Origin: Candidatus Methanomethylicia archaeon
GTDB taxonomy: Archaea; Thermoproteota; Methanomethylicia; CALHIW01
Assembly: GCA_038845975.1 (NCBI GenBank)
Contig: JAWBQF010000014.1
Span: 11,910-67,081, forward strand
Direction: 5' to 3'
DNA: 55,172 nt
Part shown: positions 41,514 to 51,363 of the stretch, one piece after another
Layout: each line of letters starts with the position of its first letter
How positions within the stretch are numbered: the stretch's first letter is position 1
The notes under the pieces: generated by a model
The model's input: the letters and a program-made list of their open reading frames with translations, nothing else
What the model was told of the DNA's origin: nothing
Databases searched by the model: none
Made by a program: the position numbers and the translations under genes

Positions 41514-41957
41514 TTGAGAATTGCTATAGGATCTGATGACTGCTACTATATTGCTGAGTTTCTTGTTAAGGAATTGAGAAGGAGAGGATATGAGTTAATA
41601 CTTATTGGAGCATTAGCTACAGGTAAACCATATCCATGGCCTAGAGTTGGATTTGAAGTTGGTGAAATAGTATCTAGCGGTAGAGCTGATATGGGTATTG
41701 TAATATGCTATACAGGTACAGGTGTATCAATAGCCGCTAATAAGGTTAAGGGTATTAGAGCAGCTTTATGTTTTGATTCTCAAACAGCTCGTGGAGCACG
41801 TTTATGGAATAATGCAAACATTCTAGCTTTAAGTGCTAGACTATTATCTGAAGAAGTAGCGAAGGAAATTCTGGATGCATGGCTTTCCATAGAAAGCCCT
41901 GATCCCAGTGAAGAGGAAAATATTAGAGAGCTTCAGAAAATAGAGGTGATTAGATGA
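41514..41957 (+). CDS. RpiB/LacA/LacB family sugar-phosphate isomerase
   Basis: 'ICYTGTGVSIAANKVKGIRAAL', 'WNNAN.L'. Confidence 0.9.
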   Translation: MRIAIGSDDCYYIAEFLVKELRRRGYELILIGALATGKPYPWPRVGFEVGEIVSSGRADMGIVICYTGTGVSIAANKVKGIRAALCFDSQTARGARLWNNANILALSARLLSEEVAKEILDAWLSIESPDPSEEENIRELQKIEVIR

Positions 41958-42499
41958 AGATAAACTGTCTTAACACGTTTTATAGACTTCTACATCCCAA
42001 AGTAGCTACATTAATAGCATCTATAGATAGAAGTGGTAAGACAAACATTATGGCTGCAGCATGGACTACACCAGTAAGTATTAATCCACCACTAGTTGCA
42101 GTATCAATATCTCCTAAGCGATATACTCATAGTCTTATTCAGGAATCTAAAGAATTTACATTAAACATACCTTCAAAAACCCTAGTTGAAAAGGTTCATA
42201 TATGCGGTACTAGAAGTGGAAGAGAAGTTGATAAGGTAGCCATAGCTAAACTAAATCTAAAACCAGCTAAGCATTTAAAAACACCAGTAATAGATGAATG
42301 TATTGGAAATATGGAGTGTAAGCTATGGGGGACAATACCTACTGGAGATCATACATTATTTATAGGTGAGGTCTTAGCAGCATATGTTAATGAAAAATTA
42401 TTTACAGATTCATGGAGTGAAAATGCTGAAGTACTTATACATGTTGGAGGGGAAATATATACATCTCCAAGTAAACCATTCATAAGAATAGTAAGTTAA
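41954..42499 (+). CDS. Flavin reductase family protein
   Basis: 'NIMAAAW', 'PPLVAVS', 'GTRSGR..DK', 'MEC', 'GDHTLFIGEV'. Confidence 0.93.
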   Translation: MKINCLNTFYRLLHPKVATLIASIDRSGKTNIMAAAWTTPVSINPPLVAVSISPKRYTHSLIQESKEFTLNIPSKTLVEKVHICGTRSGREVDKVAIAKLNLKPAKHLKTPVIDECIGNMECKLWGTIPTGDHTLFIGEVLAAYVNEKLFTDSWSENAEVLIHVGGEIYTSPSKPFIRIVS

Positions 42500-42687
42500 A
42501 CCTAAATAGTAAAATTCCTCTTAAAATACTACTATTTAACTATTCATCTACCAGTCAGTTAATAGGAACAATTCAGAATTTCTAAGTCTACTCTATACTG
42601 ATAATACTTCCAGTAATTACCTAGCAACTGGAAACATATAATACTACTACATCGTAACATATATAGGTTTATAGGGTTGGTTTAATT

Positions 42688-44037
42688 ATGGATTTCAAGG
42701 AGGTTTTAAAGTATTATTCAGGAGAGAATGTAAGGAGGGATATTGCTGAGTACTGTATTGATCGTTGGGTAGCTATAGAAGGAGTGGGACAGGAGGGATA
42801 TAGAGTATTTATCCGGTATGATAGTGATGGAAAGCCCTTAACAGTTAAGAGTAGTAGTGAGGTAGTTGATGTTATACGTAGATATGGAGGATTAAAACCT
42901 AGAACAATATATGCATCTGTTAATCTATACTCTAATCTTCAATCGGTAGACGATATAAATAATTTAAGTAGAATAGTATATACATCTCCAATATGGGATA
43001 TTGATGGTTCAATTGAAAACTGGAAATTTACTATTGAAGCTGCTAGGCTTATTGCGGATTTCCTAGAGAGGGAGGGAATTGAGAAATCCATATTTTTAAA
43101 GTGGAGTGGGAGAGGAGTACATGTCCACGTACATGAGAAAGCATTTTCCAAAAGCCTTCTAAGTAAGTATAATCCACTAGATATTGCATACTCTATTGTT
43201 GAATATACATTAAGAAGGTTAAAGGAAAAAATTCTAGATATAGCTTTAAAAACTAAGAGTACTAGTAGACCTTTAAAAGTTGAGAATGAAATAGATCTTA
43301 AAAGAGTATTTACAGCTCCACTATCACTACATAGAGAGATAGATTTATGCTGTGTATGTTTTAAACCTGATGAAATAGATTCATTTGATATTGAATGGGC
43401 TAAACCTAACGTGTTAAGACATAATTCAACATGGAGAAACTATATTGAGGGGGAGGGGGATCTTCTTGCTGAGAAGGCATTAAATGAGGTTGGAAGATAT
43501 CCTGGATGGATTGAGACTAAAGGAGTAAGAACCATTGTTACGGAGCCTATAGAGAAAACTAAAACAGCTAGAATTGGGAGATTTGAGGTTATGGCTTTAC
43601 TACAGGCTGCAAGATATTATCTACTAACAGGAAATATTGATAGGGCTAAATCCTTCGGCTTAAATAGAGCAATATTCTATGCATGGGCTAAAAAACATGT
43701 AAAAACTAAAACGCCATCTAAAACCGGGATTGAAACGTATACTGAAGGAAGTATGGAGTATATAGGTGATGAGGGGGCATACATATCTAGAAATGGATAC
43801 TTCATGATAGGTAATGAAGAACAGAAACCAGTAGACTATGATAGACAGGTAGCTAAAAGAATAAGCCTAATAGTTCCATACGAGAAGGCATGGGAGACAG
43901 CTTTAGAATACTTAAAAGGAATACCTAAAACAACACTTTTAAGTCAACAAAAATTCTTTAATAGAGTTTATGAACCTGTAAGAGATAGCTTCATTGAAAT
44001 AATAAGGAAGAGAGAAAAGCAGAAAACATTATTCTAA
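42688..44037 (+). CDS. Archaeo-eukaryotic primase (AEP)-like domain fused to an uncharacterised helical C-terminal domain
   Basis: 'IWDID' (DxD), 'KWSGRGVHVH', 'IDLKRVFTAPLSLH'; second domain 'GRFEVMALLQAAR...GLNRAIFYAWAK'. Confidence 0.75.
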   Translation: MDFKEVLKYYSGENVRRDIAEYCIDRWVAIEGVGQEGYRVFIRYDSDGKPLTVKSSSEVVDVIRRYGGLKPRTIYASVNLYSNLQSVDDINNLSRIVYTSPIWDIDGSIENWKFTIEAARLIADFLEREGIEKSIFLKWSGRGVHVHVHEKAFSKSLLSKYNPLDIAYSIVEYTLRRLKEKILDIALKTKSTSRPLKVENEIDLKRVFTAPLSLHREIDLCCVCFKPDEIDSFDIEWAKPNVLRHNSTWRNYIEGEGDLLAEKALNEVGRYPGWIETKGVRTIVTEPIEKTKTARIGRFEVMALLQAARYYLLTGNIDRAKSFGLNRAIFYAWAKKHVKTKTPSKTGIETYTEGSMEYIGDEGAYISRNGYFMIGNEEQKPVDYDRQVAKRISLIVPYEKAWETALEYLKGIPKTTLLSQQKFFNRVYEPVRDSFIEIIRKREKQKTLF

Positions 44038-45414
44038 CTACTTTAGGAACTCTAGGAATAATGGATCCTTCTTTAAAACTTCCTGCATATACTGTACGGA
44101 TTCCCTTACATCTATAAATACTGATTTAGCTCTCTCAATATGTTCAGGCTTAACTACACTACTATTCTCTATGTCGGCTACAGCCTTAGCCGGAGCTATT
44201 AATCGTACTGCATGTCTTAATGATAGCTTTTCACCAATATCTGCAAGTAAGTTTAAAGCCTCAGGTGAAAGTTCAATACCTTCAGTACTAGCTCTTATCT
44301 CAACTATTCTCCTTATTTCATCTCTAGTTGGATAGTTTGTCTTAGCTATTAGTAGCCTATCAAGCATGTCTATAGGTATGCCGTGGGGAGCAATAACATC
44401 TGTACCCTTAACTCTGGCCATAGCTCTATTAGTAGCTAAAACAAGTACTGGAGCAAACTCCTGCTCTAATGCTCTATTAAGAAATGAGAAAGCCTCAACA
44501 TCAAGCATATGAGCTTCATCTATAAATAACACTCCAGGTATAAGCTTAGCCTCCCCTCTTCCAACTGCTTTCTGAACTTCTTCATCAACTTTCTGTCTCA
44601 CTTCATCACTTATCTCCTCCTCCCTAAACAGTAGACTTCTACCAATTCTCAGATTAGCCATATCAATATCGTGAAGCGTTACAACGTGACTTGTCTTCTT
44701 AGTCTTTTTTACAGGTCCATCAGGCCTAGGAATAATCTTTGCAACCTTAAATTCACCCTTCCACTTACTTGGAGCCTCTGAGCTTCTACCAAGCTTTACT
44801 ACATGACCTGTTTCAGCATCAATCTCTATAACATCACCAACTCTTACACCCATTCTCATAAGCTGAGCAGCAATTCTATCTCCGACTTCTATTGTCTTCT
44901 CCTCCTTCCCGGTTTTAAGAGTTAACAATGCGCCGTAAGCAACTTGAGTATATGGGTTAAATGGATGCTCAGCCTTCTCAATCTCTATGGATGTAACCTC
45001 ACCCTCATAGACCTCCCTTTCCTCAGTAATACGTAGACCAATAGCTCGCCTCATAGCCTGCTTTAAAAGCTCTGTCTTTTTAGTATATGAACCATAAATT
45101 TCAGATCCAGAAATAGATACAAACGGTACATCCTTACCAAGCTCTCTAGCCATACCTATAGCAATAGCTGTTTTACCAGTACCTGGAGGACCAACTAAAA
45201 GTAGACCATGACCAGGTCTCTTACCCTCCCTAACAAGCCTTACTATAAGTCCTGCAGCTTCCCTAGCTTCAAGCTGTCCAACAAGACCGTCACCAACAGG
45301 TAGAGGTTTCCACTTCTCATCAAGACCTAAACCAGATATATGACTATGAATACCGACAGCTCGTTCCGTAATAGCTTTCTTAGCTACCTCCCTAATAGTT
45401 GAAGACGATGACAT
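44038..45414 (-). CDS. tip49: TIP49/RuvB-like (Rvb1/2 homolog) AAA+ ATPase
   Basis: 'HSHISGLGLD', 'GLVGQ..AREAA', 'GPPGTGKT', 'EGEV', 'LFIDEAH', 'ATNR', 'PHGIP.D.LDR'; ATG 45414 preferred. Confidence 0.94.
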   Translation of the reverse strand: MSSSSTIREVAKKAITERAVGIHSHISGLGLDEKWKPLPVGDGLVGQLEAREAAGLIVRLVREGKRPGHGLLLVGPPGTGKTAIAIGMARELGKDVPFVSISGSEIYGSYTKKTELLKQAMRRAIGLRITEEREVYEGEVTSIEIEKAEHPFNPYTQVAYGALLTLKTGKEEKTIEVGDRIAAQLMRMGVRVGDVIEIDAETGHVVKLGRSSEAPSKWKGEFKVAKIIPRPDGPVKKTKKTSHVVTLHDIDMANLRIGRSLLFREEEISDEVRQKVDEEVQKAVGRGEAKLIPGVLFIDEAHMLDVEAFSFLNRALEQEFAPVLVLATNRAMARVKGTDVIAPHGIPIDMLDRLLIAKTNYPTRDEIRRIVEIRASTEGIELSPEALNLLADIGEKLSLRHAVRLIAPAKAVADIENSSVVKPEHIERAKSVFIDVRESVQYMQEVLKKDPLFLEFLK

Positions 45415-45593
45415 GAGAAACACCCAGTATAAAATATGACTATTATAGAATCTTAACCTAAGATAATAGAGTAAATATATAAACTTTACTCTTAAGAAAT
45501 ATGATCTATCAACTTTAGAAGTCATGAGTGGAGATACTTCAACAATTAGTTAGATTTATAGATATCTATTTGTAGAGAATTTAGGATAGCTTT

Positions 45594-46331
45594 ATGAAGA
45601 TTATTGAGGGGATATTTCTAATATTAATTTTCTGCTGGGTTACTTTAGAGAATACTTTAGAAAGTTATTTAAGAACCGCATATTATCAGGGCTTCCACTC
45701 ATCTTTCTATAGCATACTTATGCTAAGTCTAGTTACAACACTACTTCTCTTCACTCCAGTATGGATAGAGCTTCTATGTAGAGGGGAATTTATGAAGTAT
45801 TATGGGTTAAAATTTGAAAGGGAAATGCTAATTTGGATTGTATTAGCAGTACCTGTAATCGTAGCTATAGGCTTTATTCTCGATCCTACTAGATTAGCTC
45901 CTAGAAGTGAATTGGAAATGATTGAGAAACACTATACAGGCTATTTACCGAGTTCAATTGCTAAGATTGTTGCAGAGTATTATTCTCCAATGTATTTATT
46001 ACCTATATCTCTAATAGTCATCATACCAAGTACATTCATAGAGGAATTATGGTTTAGAGGATTAATTCAATTTAAGATCTCCAATATTAAAACTCTCGGA
46101 GAAGCATCTATACCTACTGCTATATTAACTCAATCAATAATATTTGGTTTAGCCCATATTTATCCTGTAGCTTTAAGCCCCTATCTTCCAGTTTCGAAAA
46201 CCCTAGTCTTTCTATATGCAATGCTTGGGGGAATTATTCTCGGTATAGTTACATATAGATTTAAATCAATTCTTCCAGCATGGATTATTCATACACTAGG
46301 AAATCTTATAACTGTAATTAGCTGTATTTAA
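45594..46331 (+). CDS. CPBP (CAAX/Abi) intramembrane metalloprotease
   Basis: 'EELWFRG', 'FGLAH', 'HTLGN', multiple TMs. Confidence 0.9.
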   Translation: MKIIEGIFLILIFCWVTLENTLESYLRTAYYQGFHSSFYSILMLSLVTTLLLFTPVWIELLCRGEFMKYYGLKFEREMLIWIVLAVPVIVAIGFILDPTRLAPRSELEMIEKHYTGYLPSSIAKIVAEYYSPMYLLPISLIVIIPSTFIEELWFRGLIQFKISNIKTLGEASIPTAILTQSIIFGLAHIYPVALSPYLPVSKTLVFLYAMLGGIILGIVTYRFKSILPAWIIHTLGNLITVISCI

Positions 46332-46365
46332 ATACATTATAGATAAGCTTATCTATAAGCTTATA
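46323..46365. repeat. Cluster of perfect palindromes (14, 22 and 12 bp)
   Basis: TGTATTTAAATACA 46323-46336; TTATAGATAAGCTTATCTATAA 46337-46358; TATAAGCTTATA 46354-46365. Confidence 0.85.
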
Positions 46366-46479
46366 TTTAATGGATAGCGGTAGCTAACATTTATGTAGAG
46401 TATTTCTAACATGTATTAGAGCGAAAAGTTAATATAGAAACCCGTATTGCGTAAATGTGGATGTAGTAGTAGGATTTAA

Positions 46480-47313
46480 ATGGTGGTTAAAATGGCTAAG
46501 TTAACTGAAAATATGACTGAAACCTCTCGGGAAGTAGTTCTAACAGAGAAGGCTAATGTAGTAGGTAATAGAGGTAATTCATCTGTAACTAGAATGACAG
46601 GGGAAAAACTTAAAGTATTGATTGATCTTCATGCTAAGGGATTAAGCTTTAGAAAGATTGCTAGAGAGCTTGGCGTCAACCATAAAACTATAGGCTATTG
46701 GTGTAGAAAACTTGGCTTAAAGCCTAACTATACCCGTAGATCTGCTCGAAGCGATTTAGATAAGGAAATTAATAAGATTATATCTCTATATGAGCAGGGG
46801 CTCTCAACTAAGAGTATTGCTGAAATGTTTAATGTTAGTCCACCAACAATATATCTTAGACTTAAAAAAGCAGGTATTAAGCTTAGATCTAGAGGTGTTA
46901 GAGGGAGAAGGGAGGAGGCATTGAAGTATATAATTAATAGATTGTCTATGAACGGGGCTATGTTCACATCCAATCTTGCAAGGGAACTTATGGAGAAATA
47001 TAAGTATGGTAGAGCATATTCTGAACAAACAATTAGACTACTTGTTAGGAGAGGATTTATAAAGTCTGTATTCGTAAGACATGGTAGAAGTACTAAAAGC
47101 CGACTATCGAGTGTACTTCAAGGCATTATAGGTAAAAGAATAGTATGGATTGACGATAATGGTCTAGCTGAGTTTCTAACTAGTAGACTTCAGTTAAACA
47201 TAGAGAGTTCAAGACCTATTAAGAAGGCTGTAACACATCTACTAAGATCTTGCGGTGTACCTGAAAACGTTATTGAGAAACTTAGACAGCTCTATGTTAA
47301 GAGTAGATCGTAA
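46480..47313 (+). CDS. Multi-HTH DNA-binding protein
   Basis: 'GLSFRKIARELGVNHKTIGYW', 'GLSTKSIAEMFNVSPPTIY.RL', then wHTH-like 'IRLLVRRGFI'; very basic. Confidence 0.82.
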   Translation: MVVKMAKLTENMTETSREVVLTEKANVVGNRGNSSVTRMTGEKLKVLIDLHAKGLSFRKIARELGVNHKTIGYWCRKLGLKPNYTRRSARSDLDKEINKIISLYEQGLSTKSIAEMFNVSPPTIYLRLKKAGIKLRSRGVRGRREEALKYIINRLSMNGAMFTSNLARELMEKYKYGRAYSEQTIRLLVRRGFIKSVFVRHGRSTKSRLSSVLQGIIGKRIVWIDDNGLAEFLTSRLQLNIESSRPIKKAVTHLLRSCGVPENVIEKLRQLYVKSRS

Positions 47314-47455
47314 ATTATTCTATACCTTATGAGCTTAAGCCATTAATAAATTAAAACTCATAGGGTAAGCTGTCTAGATATGAAGTAGAGTTAATCCTCA
47401 CTCTTATAAATAGTTGAATAAGTTTTATTTAGGAAAACTAGTATTTAGAAGTGAA

Positions 47456-48538
47456 ATGAGGAGAATATTAATTTTACGTAATAATGAGCTTTTTAAACAC
47501 AATTTTGGTTCTTGGCATCCGCTTAAAAGTGAAAGAATGAATACTTATTTTAAGCTTCTAGAGGAGAAATCTATAACTAACCTAGCTAACGTTAAGGTTT
47601 TAGATACAAGTCTAATCGTAAATGATGAGGATATATTGACTGTACATGATGAATCTCTTCTAAACTTAATTAAAAGCTTAAGTATTAGGGGTGGTGCTTT
47701 AGATTCTGATACTCCAGTTCCGCCTGGAACATATGATAGAGCTAGAATTCAAGCAGGTGGACTTATTGAGGGGGCCTTAAGGGTTTTAAATAATGAATAT
47801 GATGTTGCTATTCAATGTGTAGCATTTGGCGGACATCATGCTACACGTAGACATGTAGGTTTCAGCTTCGGATTCTGCTACTTTAATCAGGAAGCTATAT
47901 TGATTAGATATTTACAGAGGAGGAAATATGTAGAAAGAATATTAGTACTTGATTGTGATGCACATCATGGAAATGGAATACAGGAAATATTTTATAGTGA
48001 TCCAACGGTACTATACATATCACTTCACCAGGATCCTAATACACTATATCCCGGAACAGGATTTATACATGAAATTGGAGAAGATAAGGGTTTAGGATAT
48101 AATATAAATATACCACTACCACCAGGAACATCGGATGAAAATTATATTAAAGCATTAAATGAAGTATTTAAGCCAATAGCCTACCAATTTAAACCAAACA
48201 TAATACTATGGATTTTCGGAGCAGATACGTACTTTGCAGATCCTTTAACAAGCTTAAACTTAACAATGAATGGATATAGTAGAATTACGGATATTATTAT
48301 GGATGTTGGAGATAAGCTATGTAGTGGTAAGCTAATTGTAGAATTTGGTGGAGGATATGATATACTTTCTACATCACTAGCTTTCTACCTAGTTACAGCT
48401 AGACTAGCAGGCTTAAATATTAAAATAGATGATCCATACAGTCCACCCAAAGGGGAAAGTGAAGCAATATCTAGAAGGGTTGAAACATTAATAGTTGAAA
48501 TTAAAAAAACCCTAAGTAAATACTGGTTATTAGAGTAA
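47456..48538 (+). CDS. Histone deacetylase/AcuC family Zn-dependent deacetylase
   Basis: 'HP', 'GGHHA', 'GFCYFN', 'DCDAHHGNG', 'SLHQ', 'YPGTG', 'GAD...DPL', 'GGGY'. Confidence 0.94.
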   Translation: MRRILILRNNELFKHNFGSWHPLKSERMNTYFKLLEEKSITNLANVKVLDTSLIVNDEDILTVHDESLLNLIKSLSIRGGALDSDTPVPPGTYDRARIQAGGLIEGALRVLNNEYDVAIQCVAFGGHHATRRHVGFSFGFCYFNQEAILIRYLQRRKYVERILVLDCDAHHGNGIQEIFYSDPTVLYISLHQDPNTLYPGTGFIHEIGEDKGLGYNINIPLPPGTSDENYIKALNEVFKPIAYQFKPNIILWIFGADTYFADPLTSLNLTMNGYSRITDIIMDVGDKLCSGKLIVEFGGGYDILSTSLAFYLVTARLAGLNIKIDDPYSPPKGESEAISRRVETLIVEIKKTLSKYWLLE

Positions 48539-48570
48539 AATTTAATTATAGTTAAACTATAGTTTAGTAG

Positions 48571-48621
48571 ATGATGAGCGTCATGACCTCAGATTAAATG
48601 AAGAAATCCACACCCCACTGA
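48571..48621 (+). ncRNA. Box C/D methylation guide sRNA
   Basis: C ATGATGA 48571-77; 12-nt guide GCGTCATGACCT; D' CAGA 48590-93; C' ATGAAGA 48598-604; 13-nt guide AATCCACACCCCA; D CTGA 48618-21. Confidence 0.85.
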
Positions 48622-48970
48622 TATTCACAACATCAAACAATAACTACATAGCCTACTAAAATAGAACCTACTTCAAAATAAGTTTAAATATCTACGGTTT
48701 AAGAGTTGATTAAGTACTGATAAATTGCTATGAAATCCTAGAAAGAGTACTAAAGTATTACTGATTAGGTTATTCCACTAGATTGTTTATATCATGTTTA
48801 GAAGAGTTATAAAGTATAGTGAAATAAATCATCACTAATCTACATAGAAGATTATGTTACTAGGAGAGAGCTTGTAAGTTTAATCTTCTACAGTTTGAAG
48901 AATCTAGTTGTTTCAGGAAGAGAAATACTATAAACTTAAATATAGACAATTATCCAAGTAGAATTTTAAT

Positions 48971-49597
48971 TTAACTTAAAGATACTTCATACTTTAAATG
49001 TTTAAGTAATGCCTTTACTATGGTAAGTGATGGTAGTACTGATAGTAGTGTATGTAGGGCATTAAATACAGCTGTAAATATGAGAATCCATATTAAAGCA
49101 TCAAAGCTACTCTTAAACGTTAAACCTACAGTTAAAGTTATTGTCTTTGCAGCTATATCGAGGAAGAATGGAAACATAATCCATATTATAATATAGTTAA
49201 ACAAAGACATAACTATAATTCTTGCTATAGCTCCTAGTATAATCATTAAGATACCGCGACTCCATGTTTTAAATCCTTCAATTGGAGCATTCTTAAACCC
49301 TGAACCAATCCATAACCCTATAAGTGTTGATATAATAGCGGTAAACTTCATAGCGGGGCCTATAGGAGTCCAACTACCGAAGAAGTTAAGAAGAATCCAA
49401 AGTGTAATTGCTGAAACCATTCCAGGCCATGTTCCAAGCATTAAAAACGCTATAACAACAGGGATCTCTGCAAGATCAAACTTTAAATATGTAATTATTG
49501 GAAATGGAAAACTTAAAGGTAAAATAGTTAGTATAGCTGCTAACGATGCGAATCCTGCAGCACAGGATACTTTAAAAGTATGGTTTCTCAATACCAT
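48971..49597 (-). CDS. ECF transporter S component
   Basis: 'FP...YLKFDLAEIP', 'PIG', ~6 TMs, 'FN'; ATG 49597 preferred. Confidence 0.85.
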   Translation of the reverse strand: MVLRNHTFKVSCAAGFASLAAILTILPLSFPFPIITYLKFDLAEIPVVIAFLMLGTWPGMVSAITLWILLNFFGSWTPIGPAMKFTAIISTLIGLWIGSGFKNAPIEGFKTWSRGILMIILGAIARIIVMSLFNYIIIWIMFPFFLDIAAKTITLTVGLTFKSSFDALIWILIFTAVFNALHTLLSVLPSLTIVKALLKHLKYEVSLS

Positions 49598-49769
49598 AAT
49601 AATAGTGCTACTCAAAATTAATATAAACTTTTCGGTATTACTCAAAATTTAAACTGGTATATAGTGGATGCTTTTAATCAAAGTTTACTAGTGGTAAGGT
49701 TTCCATAAGTTTCATGAATACAGCGACTTCATAATTGAAAGCATAGCCAATAAGTTGATAGAGTTGATT

Positions 49770-50879
49770 TTATAATATAATCTTACCGTTCTCTAATATG
49801 TCTTCTTTAATCTCCTTGTAGGGCAATATTACAACATTTGGTGCTATGTAGGTTTCATCATCTATTGAAACACCATCCCCTATTATCACATTCTCCGAAA
49901 TTCTACTCCATCTCCCAATATAGCATTCTTCACCTATTATTGAATTCTCAATATATGATCCGCTTCTAATTCTAGATTTTGGAAGCATTATTGTATTGGA
50001 TACTCTTACCCTCTCACCAATACGTGTACTATATCCTATTATTACGTTTGGCCCGATTTTACTTCCCCTCCCTACCAATACCCGTTCACCTATATAGTAT
50101 GGAGGAACTAGTTCAACTTCCTCCTCAATTTTAGCTGTTTGACTTGTATAACCTTGTGGATTAACAATTTTCAATACATTTATATTTGTCTGCTTATAAT
50201 CAGCTGGAATACCTATATCACTCCAGAAGCCATCATAAACATAACCGTAAACATCAAACTTCTCCACTAGCTTAGGTATAACATCCGCTGAAAGCTTCGA
50301 TCTACCTTTAGGTATATAGTTTAAAACTTCAGGCTCAAAAACATACATACCGGCATTAACTAGATTTGACTTAGCCTCATGGGGCTTAGGCTTCTCAGTA
50401 AAGCTTAATATTTTACTATCATTATTAACTACAGCAACACCATATCTAGATACGTCCTCAACTCTTGTAAGCATTACTGTAGCAATACCTCCATGCTCCT
50501 TATGATACTTAACCATATCACCAACATTAATAAATGAAAACACATCTCCATAGGATACTATAAAAGTACTTGTTAAACCAAGCTTACTATTTACTAGGTG
50601 GAGGGGACCAGCATCTCCTAAGGGTTCATCTTCATACATAAAATCTATTTTTACACTACTTGGTAATTGAATAAATATTGATTTTAAATGATTTATTAAA
50701 ACGTCAGCCATATGATAGACTGAAAATATTAAGTTATTAACACCACCATTAACCAATAACTCAACAATCCAATCTATTAGAGGCTTATCAAGAATTAAAA
50801 GTAGAGATTTAGGCTTTGTAAGAGTAAGTGGGCGAAGACGAGTAGCATAACCTCCAGCTAAAATAACAGCCTTAATCAT
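49770..50879 (-). CDS. NDP-sugar synthase (mannose-1-phosphate guanylyltransferase-like) with left-handed beta-helix
   Basis: 'LAGGYATRLRPLT...PK', 'EPLG.AG', 'GD', 'F.EKP', 'WSDIG', hexapeptide repeats. Confidence 0.93.
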   Translation of the reverse strand: MIKAVILAGGYATRLRPLTLTKPKSLLLILDKPLIDWIVELLVNGGVNNLIFSVYHMADVLINHLKSIFIQLPSSVKIDFMYEDEPLGDAGPLHLVNSKLGLTSTFIVSYGDVFSFINVGDMVKYHKEHGGIATVMLTRVEDVSRYGVAVVNNDSKILSFTEKPKPHEAKSNLVNAGMYVFEPEVLNYIPKGRSKLSADVIPKLVEKFDVYGYVYDGFWSDIGIPADYKQTNINVLKIVNPQGYTSQTAKIEEEVELVPPYYIGERVLVGRGSKIGPNVIIGYSTRIGERVRVSNTIMLPKSRIRSGSYIENSIIGEECYIGRWSRISENVIIGDGVSIDDETYIAPNVVILPYKEIKEDILENGKIIL

Positions 50880-51363
50880 CTAAATCCAAATATATATTCC
50901 TTGGAGAGATATTTATTTTTTAATATTTACCCTAAGGTCCTGAAACTCTTAGAAAACATATAGTTTATTATCTCTAACACTATGGCTCTATAGGAATCTT
51001 TCCAGAATTGTTATACTCATGTCGGGAAACTGAGAATGAATAAGTATCCATAGATGCATTTCCGTAGAGGTTTATAGAGTCTTCTAAGTTAAGTAGAGAT
51101 TTATAGTGTTTCGCTATTCTACTTAGCTCTTCCCTTTCGATTAACTTATTGAAGACTATTTAATAGGTGCTAAAGGCCATGTTAAGGCTTATTGACAGTT
51201 AAACATCTAACTTAATGGAGGATTAGGCTTCTTAAAGTAAATCTATAATGATTTTTAAGTAGTTAAAGACTGTTAAATAAAGAGGATTTACTTATAATAG
51301 ATAATGTAGTCTATAGGTCTACAGTAAGTATATAATTAAGTATAGCTATATGAATTGATAGTT

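Noticed and set aside
28693-47028. Short antisense ORFs within tmcA, COG1361, DUF2848, bax1, xpb, AEP and HTH genes
   Set aside because: Shadow ORFs without motifs
49598-49770. Riboswitch upstream of the ECF S component
   Set aside because: AT-rich with no FMN/TPP consensus elements
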